This document shows positions 1 to 10,313 of a stretch of DNA of 64,000 nt, piece after piece. Every line of letters starts with the position of its first letter. Within the stretch, counting starts at the first letter, position 1. Source of the DNA: Alphaproteobacteria bacterium (GTDB taxonomy: Bacteria > Pseudomonadota > Alphaproteobacteria > MPNO01 > UBA830); assembly GCA_964291215.2 (NCBI GenBank), contig OZ219790.1, positions 928,001 through 992,000 of the forward strand, in the 5' to 3' direction. The notes under the pieces were generated by a model that saw nothing but the letters and a program-made list of their open reading frames with translations, was not told where the DNA came from and did not search any database. Made by a program: the position numbers and the translations under genes.

Positions 1-525
1 CGTCACCGAATAGGTGACATAGGGCACGCCGGTCCAGCGAATGCCGGAGATGGAAGAGATGTTGATGACGGCGCCCCGGCCGATCCGGCGGCCGTCGGCG
101 TCGATCCGGAATTCGTTGCGCTCCATCGCGGGAAGGGCGGCACGGCAGGTCAGGAACATGCTTTTCAGATTGACGGCGCAAATCCGGTCCCAGTCCGCCT
201 CGCTGACCTCAACGGTCGGCTTCGGCACGACGATTCCGACATTGTTGTGGAGCACATCGACACGGCCGAACCGTTCGAGGCAGGCATCAACCATGGCCCG
301 AACCTGACCGGCGTCGCTGACATCGGTGGCAAATGTTTCGACCGTTCCGCCATCCCGGGCGATGATCCCGGCGGTCTCTGCAGCGGCTTCCAGGTCGATA
401 TCGACCGCCAGGACCCTTGCTCCTTCACGGGCGAAGAGTACCGCCGCCGCCTTGCCGTTGCCCCAACCCGGCCCAACCGATCCGGCGCCGACAACGATTG
501 CAACGCGGTCCCGAAGCTTGCCCAT
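1..525 (-). CDS. SDR-family NAD(P)-dependent oxidoreductase (3' end outside window)
   Basis: Manual translation from ATG at 525: MGKLRDRVAIVVGAGSVGPGWGNGKAAAVLFAREGA..NNVG; RBS GGAGG upstream. Confidence 0.9.
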   Translation of the reverse strand, partial: MGKLRDRVAIVVGAGSVGPGWGNGKAAAVLFAREGARVLAVDIDLEAAAETAGIIARDGGTVETFATDVSDAGQVRAMVDACLERFGRVDVLHNNVGIVVPKPTVEVSEADWDRICAVNLKSMFLTCRAALPAMERNEFRIDADGRRIGRGAVINISSISGIRWTGVPYVTYSVT

Positions 526-651
526 GGCGCATCCCTCCTGCCGATATCGCGGTGCCGAGAACCAATACGCCCACACCACCACAGATCTTGCAGTACAACG
601 AAACGTGACGGTCTGGCCGGTACTCCGGGCAGCCTGCCGGCCAGGCCCGTT

Positions 652-1569
652 TCACGCCAGGTACGCGAACAGCTCTTCGCCGAAGCGTTCGCGCTGCGTC
701 TCGACGACGGGGCGCACCGCATCGACGAAGGCCTGTCGTTCCCTGGTCGACGGGTCGACGATTTCCACCCCGATGTCGCGCAACCCCGCTAGAGCTGCCA
801 TGTCTTCCGCCGCAGCGAATTCGCGCTGGGCCGCGGTTGCTTCCGTGAGGCTGTCGAAAAGCGCGGCGCGGATGTCTTCGGGCCAACCGTCATGGCTCGG
901 ACCGTGGCACAGGACCACCGCCGCTCCGAAGAAATGCCCGGTCAGCGTGACGTAGCGATGCTGTTCATAAAGTCTGAAATTCCAGATGTTGGTCAGGGCG
1001 TTGTCCTGGGCGTCTATGGTGCCAGCCCGGACCCCCTCGATGAGGTCCTTCACGTCGAGCCTGACGGTCTCGAATCCGAGAAGGCGGAATGTCTCCTCAT
1101 GGAGGTCGCTGAACAACGTCCGGATCAGCAGCCCCGCACAATCTGACGGCCCGCGGAGCGGATGCACGCGGTTCGAGAGATGGCGGATGCCGTTGTCCCA
1201 GAAACCCAGAAGCCGGTAGGACGAGACCTCGGCAAGCCTCTCCGCCAGAAGCGCGCCGAGCGGCCCGTCGAGCGCCGCATAGGCATTGCTCCGGTCCTCA
1301 AGTACGAACGGAAGATCGAGAAGCCCGAGCTCCGGAACCCGATTGGCCAGATAGCTTGAGGAAAAATAGCACATCGCCAGCTCTCCCCGTTCGACCATGC
1401 CGAGGAGATCGGACGCCTTGCGCCCGGCGTCAATGACATTCCCGACGATCTCGAAGGAGACCGCGTCGCCAAGCCTCCGGCGCAGCCCGTCGCGGAGCAC
1501 TTCCGCAGCACGGCTGTGAACCGACTCCGGTCCCTGGTAACCGCCGAAGCCGATGACGATTCCCGTCAC
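652..1569 (-). CDS. TRAP DctP-like substrate-binding protein
   Basis: DLPF, WDNGIRH, DAQDN motifs of the DctP family; no visible signal peptide. Confidence 0.85.
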   Translation of the reverse strand: MTGIVIGFGGYQGPESVHSRAAEVLRDGLRRRLGDAVSFEIVGNVIDAGRKASDLLGMVERGELAMCYFSSSYLANRVPELGLLDLPFVLEDRSNAYAALDGPLGALLAERLAEVSSYRLLGFWDNGIRHLSNRVHPLRGPSDCAGLLIRTLFSDLHEETFRLLGFETVRLDVKDLIEGVRAGTIDAQDNALTNIWNFRLYEQHRYVTLTGHFFGAAVVLCHGPSHDGWPEDIRAALFDSLTEATAAQREFAAAEDMAALAGLRDIGVEIVDPSTRERQAFVDAVRPVVETQRERFGEELFAYLA

Positions 1570-1579
1570 GAGTCCGCCT

Positions 1580-2614
1580 CTACCGATTCTGTGGCAGGGT
1601 AATCGGTTTGCCGCGATCGGCGGAGAGGTCGGCAGCGTTGTACACCTCCATGACCCGGCGCGCCTCGTCGGGCTTGACCATTACGGGCCGGTCGAAGGCG
1701 ACCGCCTCGAGGAAATGAACCGTCTCGCTCGCCATGGCACCGACGAAGAGATGCCCGACCGTCTCGCCTGGCATCGACGACAGCGGGTTGATGCTGCCAT
1801 GTCCCATCCGCGACAGCGTCACGTCGCGATGGGTATCGTCGACGACCAGCGCACCATCGGTTCCGAGGATCTCGATCCAGGTTTGCGAATGATTTGGCGC
1901 CGCGGGTGGCAGGCTCCAGCCCCCGCCAACGGTGACGATCACGCCGCTGTCCATCGTCACCATGATCCACTGGATGTCCGGCGCGCCGTTGATCTCCTTC
2001 ATCGCGCCGAAGGCCTGCTGCGAGTACACCCTGACAGGGCGCGCCGGTTCCAGGCACCAGAGAACAAAATCGAGATCGTGCGTCGATTCCATCGCCGCCG
2101 GAGAAAGGCGGGTGCGGCCGGTGATCCTGGAGCCGAGGTTGCGGGTGACGTTGCGGCTGACAAGCGCACTGACCGGCTTGCCGATCGATCCGTTGGTCAG
2201 GCACTGGCGAACATAGGCGAACTTGGGATTGAAACGCTGCGAATAGCCTATGGTGAACTTGAGACTGTTGCGCGCGGCAAGCGCGATCAACTCGTTGGCC
2301 TCCTCGAGCGTGAGCGCAATCGGCTTTTCGAGAAGCACGTGCCGTCCCGCCTCGAGACAGGCCTTGGCCATCGGATAGTGCGTGCTCTCGGGGGTCGCGG
2401 AAATCATGAAGGTGTCAATCTCCGCGTTGTCGATAAGCTCCCTGTAATCCTCGACCGCGCTGCTGGCGCCCGTCTTCGCAGCAATCTCATGCAGACGGTC
2501 TCCACGAATCTCCGCGACATGCAGCTGGCCGACGAGCGGGCTCGCCGCGCACGTCTCGGCGCGGATTCCGCCGCACCACCCGGTGCCGATCACCCCGACA
2601 TTGACGGCTTTCAT
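1580..2614 (-). CDS. Gfo/Idh/MocA oxidoreductase
   Basis: VGVIGTGWCG Rossmann motif, LLEKP, HDLD. Confidence 0.9.
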   Translation of the reverse strand: MKAVNVGVIGTGWCGGIRAETCAASPLVGQLHVAEIRGDRLHEIAAKTGASSAVEDYRELIDNAEIDTFMISATPESTHYPMAKACLEAGRHVLLEKPIALTLEEANELIALAARNSLKFTIGYSQRFNPKFAYVRQCLTNGSIGKPVSALVSRNVTRNLGSRITGRTRLSPAAMESTHDLDFVLWCLEPARPVRVYSQQAFGAMKEINGAPDIQWIMVTMDSGVIVTVGGGWSLPPAAPNHSQTWIEILGTDGALVVDDTHRDVTLSRMGHGSINPLSSMPGETVGHLFVGAMASETVHFLEAVAFDRPVMVKPDEARRVMEVYNAADLSADRGKPITLPQNR

Positions 2615-2708
2615 CAGTCTCTCTCCCGTTCCGGAAAACGCATGGGCGGCACGTCTCCGCTCGCAGCCGCGCCGATTTATTCCCGGGCGCCTGCGGCCCG
2701 GCGGGCGG

Positions 2709-3770
2709 CTACCCTATGCCGTACTGCTCGCTGGCCAGCCATTCGCGGGGGATGACCCGGTTGGTTCCGGCCGCCCGCATCTTCTCGTAGATTATCGCAC
2801 CAGCTGCGGCGAACTGCATCGCGAGGCCGGTGTTGCTCTTGTAATAGACGATGTTGTCGGGGCGCGATTTCACCGCGACGCGGCCTGCGGCGAGATCGGC
2901 AAGCAGGTGAACCCGACTGCGATCGACCTCGCCGGCATCGAGGAGTTCCAGGAGTTCGATCTGCCTGTTGGCATACAGGCTGTCCCAGTCGTTTATCACG
3001 ATGTTCGAGGCATGCAGGAAGGTTTCCTTGTCAACCTCGCGGCGGGTGATGGTGGGATCCGAGTTCGCGATCGACATGACCATCTGGCCTTCCTGCAGCC
3101 ATTCGCCGCGGATGGCGGGCTCGGTGGAGTTGGTGGCGCTGCAAACGATGTCGGCGCCGTCAATGGCGGACTGTGCGTCCGCAGCCGCGACGATCTCGAT
3201 GTCCGGCCGCGCCGCATCCTTCACGAAGGCTGCGAGATGGTGCGCATTGGGACTAAAGACACGCACGCGCCGGATCGGCCTGACGTGACAAATCGCCTCG
3301 CAATGGGCACGCGCCTGCCGTCCGCTCCCGAGGAGCGCAAGCTCGGCAGCATCCGCGCGCGCGATCTCGTCGATTGCCACTGCGGATGTGGCGCCGACGC
3401 GCACGCCGCTGACGTGGGATTCGTGGAGAAATGCGACCGGCTCCGATGTCCTGATATCGTAGAGGATGACCACGGACCAGTTGACCGGCTCGGGATTGCG
3501 CATCGACCTGCGGCCGCCGCCATAGGCGGAATCGTCGATGATGTGGTTACCGGCACGGACGCAGGCGAGCCCGAAACTCGGCGCCGCACCGACATGGACA
3601 TTGGCATAGTAGCTCCGGTCCGGTTCGCCGGATTCGACCGTGTAGCGAACCCGCGGCAGGCTGACCGCCCTGCCGTCCGCAAGATCGCTAAAACAGGTCC
3701 GCATCGCCTCGATGCATTCGGGCATGGACAGGTGCGTCCTCGCATCCTGGTCGGTGATCACTATGGGCAT
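2709..3770 (-). CDS. Ornithine cyclodeaminase/mu-crystallin family protein
   Basis: RVGATSAVA, LGSGRQARAH, YKSNTGLAMQFAA; start moved to MPIVIT behind GGAG RBS. Confidence 0.85.
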   Translation of the reverse strand: MPIVITDQDARTHLSMPECIEAMRTCFSDLADGRAVSLPRVRYTVESGEPDRSYYANVHVGAAPSFGLACVRAGNHIIDDSAYGGGRRSMRNPEPVNWSVVILYDIRTSEPVAFLHESHVSGVRVGATSAVAIDEIARADAAELALLGSGRQARAHCEAICHVRPIRRVRVFSPNAHHLAAFVKDAARPDIEIVAAADAQSAIDGADIVCSATNSTEPAIRGEWLQEGQMVMSIANSDPTITRREVDKETFLHASNIVINDWDSLYANRQIELLELLDAGEVDRSRVHLLADLAAGRVAVKSRPDNIVYYKSNTGLAMQFAAAGAIIYEKMRAAGTNRVIPREWLASEQYGIG

Positions 3771-3787
3771 GGTCTCGCGCCTCCGTC

Positions 3788-4279
3788 TCAGAACTGTCCG
3801 CCGAACACGACACCCTCGAAGACCTGGTAGCGAAGCAGCTGTTCGAACACGATCCACACGACTACCGCCACGACGACGGCCGTCAATGCGCTGCGCCGCC
3901 AGGACATCCGGCCCTGGAGGCGCATGAAGGCGAGCGTATAGGCCGGGACGGCGGCGATGAACCCAATCACGGCTACAAGCGCAACGAAACCGGCGACCCA
4001 CGCGCAAGCCGCTGACGGCGCGACGGCGCGCGGCGCGTCATCGGTCGGCATGCTCGAACTGTCGAGCGGCTGGCCCGAGAGAATGCCGTGCAGAACCCGC
4101 CCCGTCCGGCTGTCGGTCTGCGCCGCCAGGTCGAGAAGGCAGAGTGCGAGCGCGCACCACCCGATGAGCATCGGCACGGTATGACCCCTGCCGTCATAGG
4201 CATAGCTCCAGGCGAGGAACAGCGCGGCGATCGCGAGCGCCAGCAGCGAGGGCACGAACCGTCCGCCAAGTGTTTTCAC
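3788..4279 (-). CDS. tctB: Tripartite tricarboxylate transporter small subunit TctB
   Basis: About 4 TM helices, 163 aa, overlaps tctA stop. Confidence 0.8.
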   Translation of the reverse strand: MKTLGGRFVPSLLALAIAALFLAWSYAYDGRGHTVPMLIGWCALALCLLDLAAQTDSRTGRVLHGILSGQPLDSSSMPTDDAPRAVAPSAACAWVAGFVALVAVIGFIAAVPAYTLAFMRLQGRMSWRRSALTAVVVAVVVWIVFEQLLRYQVFEGVVFGGQF

Positions 4280-5781
4280 TGCGGCGCATCCCGATCGCCG
4301 CGCCGTCGCGCCAGCGCGTAGCGCAACGCCGGCAGGAGCAAGCAGAGCATGGTGACAAGGAAGAGCCCGAGCGAGATCTCGCGCACGAAGAAGACCGTCC
4401 AGTCCCCGTCGGCCATGGCGATTGACTGGTGGTAGCTCCGCTCGGCGAGTTCGCCGAGCACAAGCGCGATGACCAGCGTAATGCGGGGAAATTCGAAACG
4501 GATCATGAGATAGCCGACGATGCCAAACACAGCCGCCAGCACGACGTCGCCGAATTCGCCCTTGAGGGCGTAGGTACCGACGAGGGCGACAGACACCACC
4601 GTGGGCACGAGCACGTTCACGTCGACGAGCGTGATCATCGAAAGCTGGCGGGTCACCATCAGCCCGAACAGGGAGGCGAGTACGGTGGAAGCGGTCAGCG
4701 CCAGTATGATGCTGACCACGACCTCCTGCTCCTCGAGGAGCAGCATCGGCCCGGGTTCGATTCCGTGCAGGATGAGGACGCCGAGAAAGATTGCGGATTC
4801 AGCGCTCCCGGGAATGCCGAACGAAAGCGTCGGTATGAGCGATCCGCCGTCCTTGGCGTTGTTGGCCGATTCCGGCGCGATTACCCCCTTGATGTTGCCG
4901 CTGCCGAAGGTGTCCCTGTCCTTCGCGGTTTGCACCGTGGCGGTATAGGCGAGGAACGACGCCACCGTGCCTCCGACCCCGGGAAGTGCGCCGATGAAGG
5001 TGCCGATCGCCGAGCCGCGAAGCAGGATCCCCCAGTTGCGATAGACCGCAAGGACCCCGGGCAGCACGCCGGAAAGCCTGGAGGACGACTTCTCGGACGC
5101 CACGGTTCCGCCCTTGATGCTGAGATTGATCATCTCGGAAAGAGCGAACAGTCCCACCAGGGCGGGCACCAGCGGGATTCCGTCATAGAGATACTCCACG
5201 CCCCCGGCAAAGCGGTAGCCGCCGCTCACCGCGTCGTACCCGACGACCGCCAGCATCAGTCCGAACAGCGCGCTGATCAGCCCGCGCAGGAACGCGCCGC
5301 CGGTGGACACCGCGATCGCGGACAGGCCGAGCATGGCCAGCATGAAGAACTCCGGAGGACCGAACGACAGCACGATCTGCTTGGCGAGCGGAATGATCGC
5401 CACCAGCGTGAAGATCCCGATCAGACCGCCCGTCGACGAGGCAGCGGCAGCGGCGCCGATCGCCATGCCCCCCTTGCCCTGCCTGGCAAGCGGATAGCCG
5501 TCAAAGCAGGTCGCCGCGTTGGGCGCGATCCCGGGTGTGTTGAGGAGGATTGCGGAGACCGACCCGCCGAAGGAGGTCGCGCCCATGACGCCGCCGATCA
5601 TGGTGATCGCGAGCCAAGGCTCCATGCCGAAGGTAAGCGGCATCAGGAGCGCTATCGCCGTGGTCCCGCCAAGCCCCGGCACGGCGCCGAAGACGAGCCC
5701 GACCAGGACCCCCAGGCAGAGATAGAGCGTACCCTGCCATGTGAACAGCAGGGTGAGACCGGCACCCAGGGCTTCAAACAC
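4276..5781 (-). CDS. tctA: Tripartite tricarboxylate transporter permease TctA
   Basis: GAVPGLG, ILLNTPG, APESANNA, GIPGS motifs. Confidence 0.92.
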   Translation of the reverse strand: MFEALGAGLTLLFTWQGTLYLCLGVLVGLVFGAVPGLGGTTAIALLMPLTFGMEPWLAITMIGGVMGATSFGGSVSAILLNTPGIAPNAATCFDGYPLARQGKGGMAIGAAAAASSTGGLIGIFTLVAIIPLAKQIVLSFGPPEFFMLAMLGLSAIAVSTGGAFLRGLISALFGLMLAVVGYDAVSGGYRFAGGVEYLYDGIPLVPALVGLFALSEMINLSIKGGTVASEKSSSRLSGVLPGVLAVYRNWGILLRGSAIGTFIGALPGVGGTVASFLAYTATVQTAKDRDTFGSGNIKGVIAPESANNAKDGGSLIPTLSFGIPGSAESAIFLGVLILHGIEPGPMLLLEEQEVVVSIILALTASTVLASLFGLMVTRQLSMITLVDVNVLVPTVVSVALVGTYALKGEFGDVVLAAVFGIVGYLMIRFEFPRITLVIALVLGELAERSYHQSIAMADGDWTVFFVREISLGLFLVTMLCLLLPALRYALARRRGDRDAPQ

Positions 5782-5837
5782 GACCGGGTTATCCTTCGCT
5801 CGCTAACCAGATCTGCGCTCGGTGAGGTGCTGCCGGT

Positions 5838-6788
5838 TCAGCTCTTGCCGGCAAGCGCGGACTTGTACTTGAGATAGAACTTCAACACCTTGTCCACGCG
5901 CCCGCCGGTATCGGCCGCGCTTGCCGGCAGGAATGGCCGCTTCTTCGTCTTGGCCTTGAATTCCGGATCGGCCATCGACTTCAGCATGGCCTGTTCCAGG
6001 ATCTTCACGCGGTCGGCCGATACGCCTGGAGGGCCGCCGACCAAACGCTCGAGGCCCATGCCTTCGAGTTCGGCGTAGCCCAGCTCGCGCACGGTCGGAA
6101 CCCCGGGAAAGCTGCTCTTGGCCTCGAAGCTGGCGAGAAGCCGCATGTCGCCAGCCTGGTGATACTTGCGGATGGTGGTCACCAGCGTGTAGACGGCGTC
6201 GCCGTCGCCTCGGACCGCGGCGAGGATGAACTGCTTGGAGCCCTTGTAGCCGGTCAACATCTTGTGGGAGATCTCCATCACGGTCGATGCGACGACGCTC
6301 GCCGTGAAGCCGGTGGAGCCCCGCCCCGTGGTCGTGATCTTGAGCGGACGACCGAGCTTCTTGACGTCGTCGAAGGACTTGATGCTGCTCTTCGCGCCGA
6401 CGGCAAGCACGTAAGTGCCACGGGCCAGCCGCGCCATCCAGCTGACCTTGGACAGGTCGTAGTTCACCTTTTCGCCCATGATTGGCGGAATGGCCATTCC
6501 GGGAATGTTGAAGACCGCGATCGTGTGCCCGTCGGGCTTGGCCCGGAAGAGCTGCGAGATGCCCTTGCGCCCGCCGGCGCCGGAGACGTTCTTGGGAACG
6601 ACATTGACCTTCTCGGGCAGATACTTCTCCATGTAGGGCGTAATCGCCCGCACCGTACGGTCGAAGCCTCCGCCGGGGCTGTAGGGAATGATGAAGGTGA
6701 TGTCCTTTTCCGGAAACGCGTGGGACGCGCCCGGAGCGCCGAGGCTGATCGCAAGTCCAGCGACTGCAGCAAACGCAAAGCGATACAT
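5838..6788 (-). CDS. tctC: Tripartite tricarboxylate transporter binding protein TctC/Bug
   Basis: Signal peptide, FPEKDITFIIPYSPGGGFD, NVSGAGG, PDGHT. Confidence 0.9.
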   Translation of the reverse strand: MYRFAFAAVAGLAISLGAPGASHAFPEKDITFIIPYSPGGGFDRTVRAITPYMEKYLPEKVNVVPKNVSGAGGRKGISQLFRAKPDGHTIAVFNIPGMAIPPIMGEKVNYDLSKVSWMARLARGTYVLAVGAKSSIKSFDDVKKLGRPLKITTTGRGSTGFTASVVASTVMEISHKMLTGYKGSKQFILAAVRGDGDAVYTLVTTIRKYHQAGDMRLLASFEAKSSFPGVPTVRELGYAELEGMGLERLVGGPPGVSADRVKILEQAMLKSMADPEFKAKTKKRPFLPASAADTGGRVDKVLKFYLKYKSALAGKS

Positions 6789-6959
6789 GGCGAAGTCTCC
6801 TCTGTGTCAGTCAATCGGATTGATTTCGGCGGTGTCTTCAGATCGCAACCATACTAGACTTGCCCTGGACGGGTAAACTCTGGCGGATGCCGGGCTGAAG
6901 CGCGGCGGCCGCGGAATGGCGGGCCAAGACGGCCGCGGATTCTGGCGTATATCTTGGTG

Positions 6960-6994
6960 TTGACCCATTTCGATATTTCAGCTATTTTCGAATT
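6960..6994 (+). promoter_or_regulatory. Probable ars promoter/ArsR operator
   Basis: TTGACC at 6960 followed by AT-rich imperfect inverted repeat TTCGA..TCGAA directly before arsR. Confidence 0.45.
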
Positions 6995-7396
6995 GTGGAA
7001 GCTATGGAGGCCGTCACCGCGCTCTCGGCGCTGGCCCAGACCCACCGTCTGGCCGTGTTCCGCCTTCTCGTGCAGGAGGGGCCAAACGGCCTTGCCGCCG
7101 GAGAAGTCGCGAAGCGGATCGGCGTGCCGCCGTCGACGCTTTCCCATCATCTCGCGCAGCTCGAGCATGCCGGGCTGCTCCGCTCGTGGCGAGTGCAGCG
7201 CAACATCTTCTACGCTCTCGACATCGAGGGAGCACGCCGCCTGGTCGCGTTCCTCACCGAGGACTGCTGCGCCGGCCAGCCCGAGATCTGCGGCTACGGT
7301 GCGGATGTTCTCGACTGTCTTCCGGCGGCCGAGGATGAAGGCCGGCAGGCACCGCCTGCGGGACACGACGCAACGATCGAACCAGCCGGCTGCTGA
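6995..7396 (+). CDS. arsR: ArsR/SmtB transcriptional repressor
   Basis: ALAQTHRLAVFRLLV, STLSHHL, FLTEDCC; start GTG 6995 or ATG 7004. Confidence 0.9.
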   Translation: MEAMEAVTALSALAQTHRLAVFRLLVQEGPNGLAAGEVAKRIGVPPSTLSHHLAQLEHAGLLRSWRVQRNIFYALDIEGARRLVAFLTEDCCAGQPEICGYGADVLDCLPAAEDEGRQAPPAGHDATIEPAGC

Positions 7397-7481
7397 CCCG
7401 GGGCTGCGCTGTCAGGCCACGCGACCTCCGCCCGACGCCGAACTCCGTCCTCCTCCACGAAGAAAGCCCGGAAACCATGCC

Positions 7482-8018
7482 ATGACCACCCCACCTTCCG
7501 CCGAACCGTACTTCAACGTACTGTTCCTCTGCACCGGCAACTCGGCGCGGAGTGTCATCGGAGAGAGCATTCTCAACCGCCTGGGCCGTAGCCGTTTCAC
7601 GGGCTACAGCGCCGGCAGCCGACCCGCCGGAGAGATCAATCCGCATGCCGAGGCGCTTCTGCGAAGACTCAAATATCCGACCGCCGGGCTGCGCTCCAAG
7701 TCGTGGGACGAGTTCGCCGCCAGCGACGGGCCTGAGCTCCATTTCGTGTTCACCGTCTGCGACAATGCCGCCCAGGAGGTGTGCCCGGTGTGGCCGGGAC
7801 AGCCCATGACCGCACACTGGGGCGTGCCGGATCCGGCAACGGTCGTAGGCTCGCAGGCCGAAATCGCCGCGGCGTTCCGGGACACCTACCGGATGCTCGA
7901 ACGGCGCATCGACACCTTCGTCAACCTTCCGCTCGCATCGCTGGACCGGCTTGCGCTCCAGCGACACCTCAACGACATCGGCAGCACCGCCGGCACCGGC
8001 GCGAACGCCGCCAGTTGA
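7482..8018 (+). CDS. arsC: Arsenate reductase (LMW-PTP type)
   Basis: LFLCTGNSARS, TVCD, CPVWPG, HWGVPDP. Confidence 0.93.
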   Translation: MTTPPSAEPYFNVLFLCTGNSARSVIGESILNRLGRSRFTGYSAGSRPAGEINPHAEALLRRLKYPTAGLRSKSWDEFAASDGPELHFVFTVCDNAAQEVCPVWPGQPMTAHWGVPDPATVVGSQAEIAAAFRDTYRMLERRIDTFVNLPLASLDRLALQRHLNDIGSTAGTGANAAS

Positions 8019-8038
8019 CAGCCTCCGGAGCCCGATCC

Positions 8039-8725
8039 GTGGAGAACTTCGATCTTGTCCGGAGGCTGACAGCCGAAGCGATCGGCACCGCCATGCTGCT
8101 GGCGACCGTGGTCGGGTCCGGCATCATGGGCGAGCGGCTCGCCGGCGGTAACGACGCAATCGCCCTGCTCGGCAATACGGCCGCGACGGGAGCCATCCTG
8201 ATGGTGCTCATCCTGGTCTTCGGGCCGGTTTCAGGCGCCCATTTCAATCCCGCGGTGACGCTGTCCTTCGCGTTCCGCCGCGACATCAGACCCTGGGACG
8301 CTACGCTCTATGTGGCCGTGCAGATCCCGGCCGCGATAGCAGGCGTCATCCTGGCCCACCTGATGTTCGCCGAGCAAGTCGTCATGGTCTCGACCAACGC
8401 CCGCACCCTGCCCGGCCACTGGCTCGGCGAGTGCATCGCCACATTCGGCCTCGTCGCCACCATTCTCGGATGCCTCCGCGCGCGGCCCGCTGCGGTTCCC
8501 TATGCCGTCGGCCTGTTCATCACCGCGGGGTACTGGTTCACCTCCTCGACGTCGTTTGCCAATCCCGCGGTCACCATCGCCCGCGCACTCACCGACACGT
8601 TCTCGGGCATCGCGCCGGGCGGAGTGCCGGCCTTCGTGTTCGCCCAGATCGCGGGCGCCTGCCTCGCGACGACCCTCCTGTCCTGGCTCTGGCGAAGCGT
8701 TCCCGAACCTGATTCCGGATCATGA
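8039..8725 (+). CDS. MIP/aquaglyceroporin, AqpS-like arsenite channel
   Basis: SGAHFNPAVT and SFANPAVT motifs, inside the ars operon. Confidence 0.9.
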   Translation: MENFDLVRRLTAEAIGTAMLLATVVGSGIMGERLAGGNDAIALLGNTAATGAILMVLILVFGPVSGAHFNPAVTLSFAFRRDIRPWDATLYVAVQIPAAIAGVILAHLMFAEQVVMVSTNARTLPGHWLGECIATFGLVATILGCLRARPAAVPYAVGLFITAGYWFTSSTSFANPAVTIARALTDTFSGIAPGGVPAFVFAQIAGACLATTLLSWLWRSVPEPDSGS

Positions 8726-8806
8726 GAAAGTACCCCACCCGCGTCCTGATCCCGGCGGCCCTGCGCCGCGGTGGCGGACCGCACGCGCTTGACCTATAAG
8801 GTGGCC

Positions 8807-10219
8807 ATGAAGCGCAATCGTCGGGCAAAGATCATCGCGACCCTTGGTCCGGCAACGTCCAATCGGACCGCGATCGAGGATCTGTTCACGGCCGGCGCTG
8901 ACGTGTTCCGGCTCAATTTCAGCCACGGCAGCCATGCCGATCACGAGAATCGCCTCGAAATCGTCCGCGCGATCGAGCGCAAGTACGAGCGCTCGATCGC
9001 CGTGATGGCGGACCTCCAGGGCCCCAAGCTCCGCATCTCGACCTTGCAGGGCGGCGCAGCGGACCTTGCGAAAAACCGGACGGTCCGGCTCCAGCTCGGA
9101 AGCAATGCAGGCAACGCGGAACGGATCTTTCTTCCCCATCCCGAGATCTTCGAGGCGCTTGAGCCCGGCATCAACATCCTGCTCGACGACGGCAAGGTCC
9201 GCCTCCGCGTCACCCGATGCGGTCCGAACCATGCGGACGCGGACATCATCACCGGCGGCAGACTGACCGATCGCAAGGGCGTAAACGTCCCGAACGCACT
9301 GCTGCCGCTGGCGGCGATCACCGACAAGGACCGGGCGGACCTGGATTTCGCACTCGACATCGGCGTCGACTGGATCGCGCTGTCGTTCGTGCAGCGATCC
9401 GAAGACCTCACCGAGGCGCGCGAGCTGGTCGGAGACCGCGCGGCGCTGCTCGCCAAGCTGGAGAAGCCGGCCGCGATCAAGAAACTCGCCGAGATCGTCG
9501 CGCTCTCGGACGCGCTCATGGTCGCCCGCGGTGATCTCGGCGTCGAACTGCCGCCGGAGGATGTGCCGGGAATCCAGAAGCTGATCGTCCGCCAGGCCCG
9601 ACGCGCAGGCAAGCCTGTCGTCGTCGCCACCCAGATGCTGGAATCCATGATCCATGCCCCGACGCCGACCCGCGCCGAGGCTTCCGACATCGCAACCGCG
9701 GTCTTCGACGGCGTCGACGCGGTGATGCTGTCGGCGGAAACCGCCGCCGGCGGCCACGCGCGCGAGGCGGTAGCAACGATGGATCGCATCATCGCCCGCG
9801 TCGAACGGGATGAACACTACCGCGCGATCATGGATACCGTGCGATCCAATCCGGAACGCACGACCGCGGACGCGATCACCGCCGCTGCACGCCAGGTCAC
9901 CGAGACCATCGAGGCAGCCGCAATCGTTACCTTCACGACGTCCGGATCGACGGCGCTCCGGGCGGCCCGAGAACGCCCGACGGTTCCCATACTGTGCCTC
10001 ACCCCAAACCCGGCGGCGGCCCGCCGCCTCACCATCGCCTGGGGCGTGCACACGGTCGTGTCCCGCGACGTTCAGGACTTTGCCGACATGGTCGACAAGG
10101 CCTGCCGGTTCGCCCTGCATGAGGGTCTGGCGAGCACCGGAGAACGTCTGGTCGTGACTGCGGGGGTGCCGTTCGGCACGCCGGGCAGCACCAACGTGCT
10201 CAGGATCGTCCGCACATAG
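8807..10219 (+). CDS. pyk: Pyruvate kinase
   Basis: KIIATLGPA, RLNFSHG, MVARGDLGVE, ATQMLESM, PTRAEASD. Confidence 0.97.
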   Translation: MKRNRRAKIIATLGPATSNRTAIEDLFTAGADVFRLNFSHGSHADHENRLEIVRAIERKYERSIAVMADLQGPKLRISTLQGGAADLAKNRTVRLQLGSNAGNAERIFLPHPEIFEALEPGINILLDDGKVRLRVTRCGPNHADADIITGGRLTDRKGVNVPNALLPLAAITDKDRADLDFALDIGVDWIALSFVQRSEDLTEARELVGDRAALLAKLEKPAAIKKLAEIVALSDALMVARGDLGVELPPEDVPGIQKLIVRQARRAGKPVVVATQMLESMIHAPTPTRAEASDIATAVFDGVDAVMLSAETAAGGHAREAVATMDRIIARVERDEHYRAIMDTVRSNPERTTADAITAAARQVTETIEAAAIVTFTTSGSTALRAARERPTVPILCLTPNPAAARRLTIAWGVHTVVSRDVQDFADMVDKACRFALHEGLASTGERLVVTAGVPFGTPGSTNVLRIVRT

Positions 10220-10313
10220 CGGCTCGCGGTCTGCGAATGCCGGCTGCAGACTCCGCCGTCCGGCAAGTTTTGACCGAAAGAGAACGCCGGGCTCTGGAAT
10301 GGAAGCCGCGCCG

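Noticed and set aside
6954-8018. 354-aa ArsC with N-terminal extension or ArsR-ArsC fusion
   Set aside because: ArsR is in another frame with its own stop at 7396; ArsC starts at 7482
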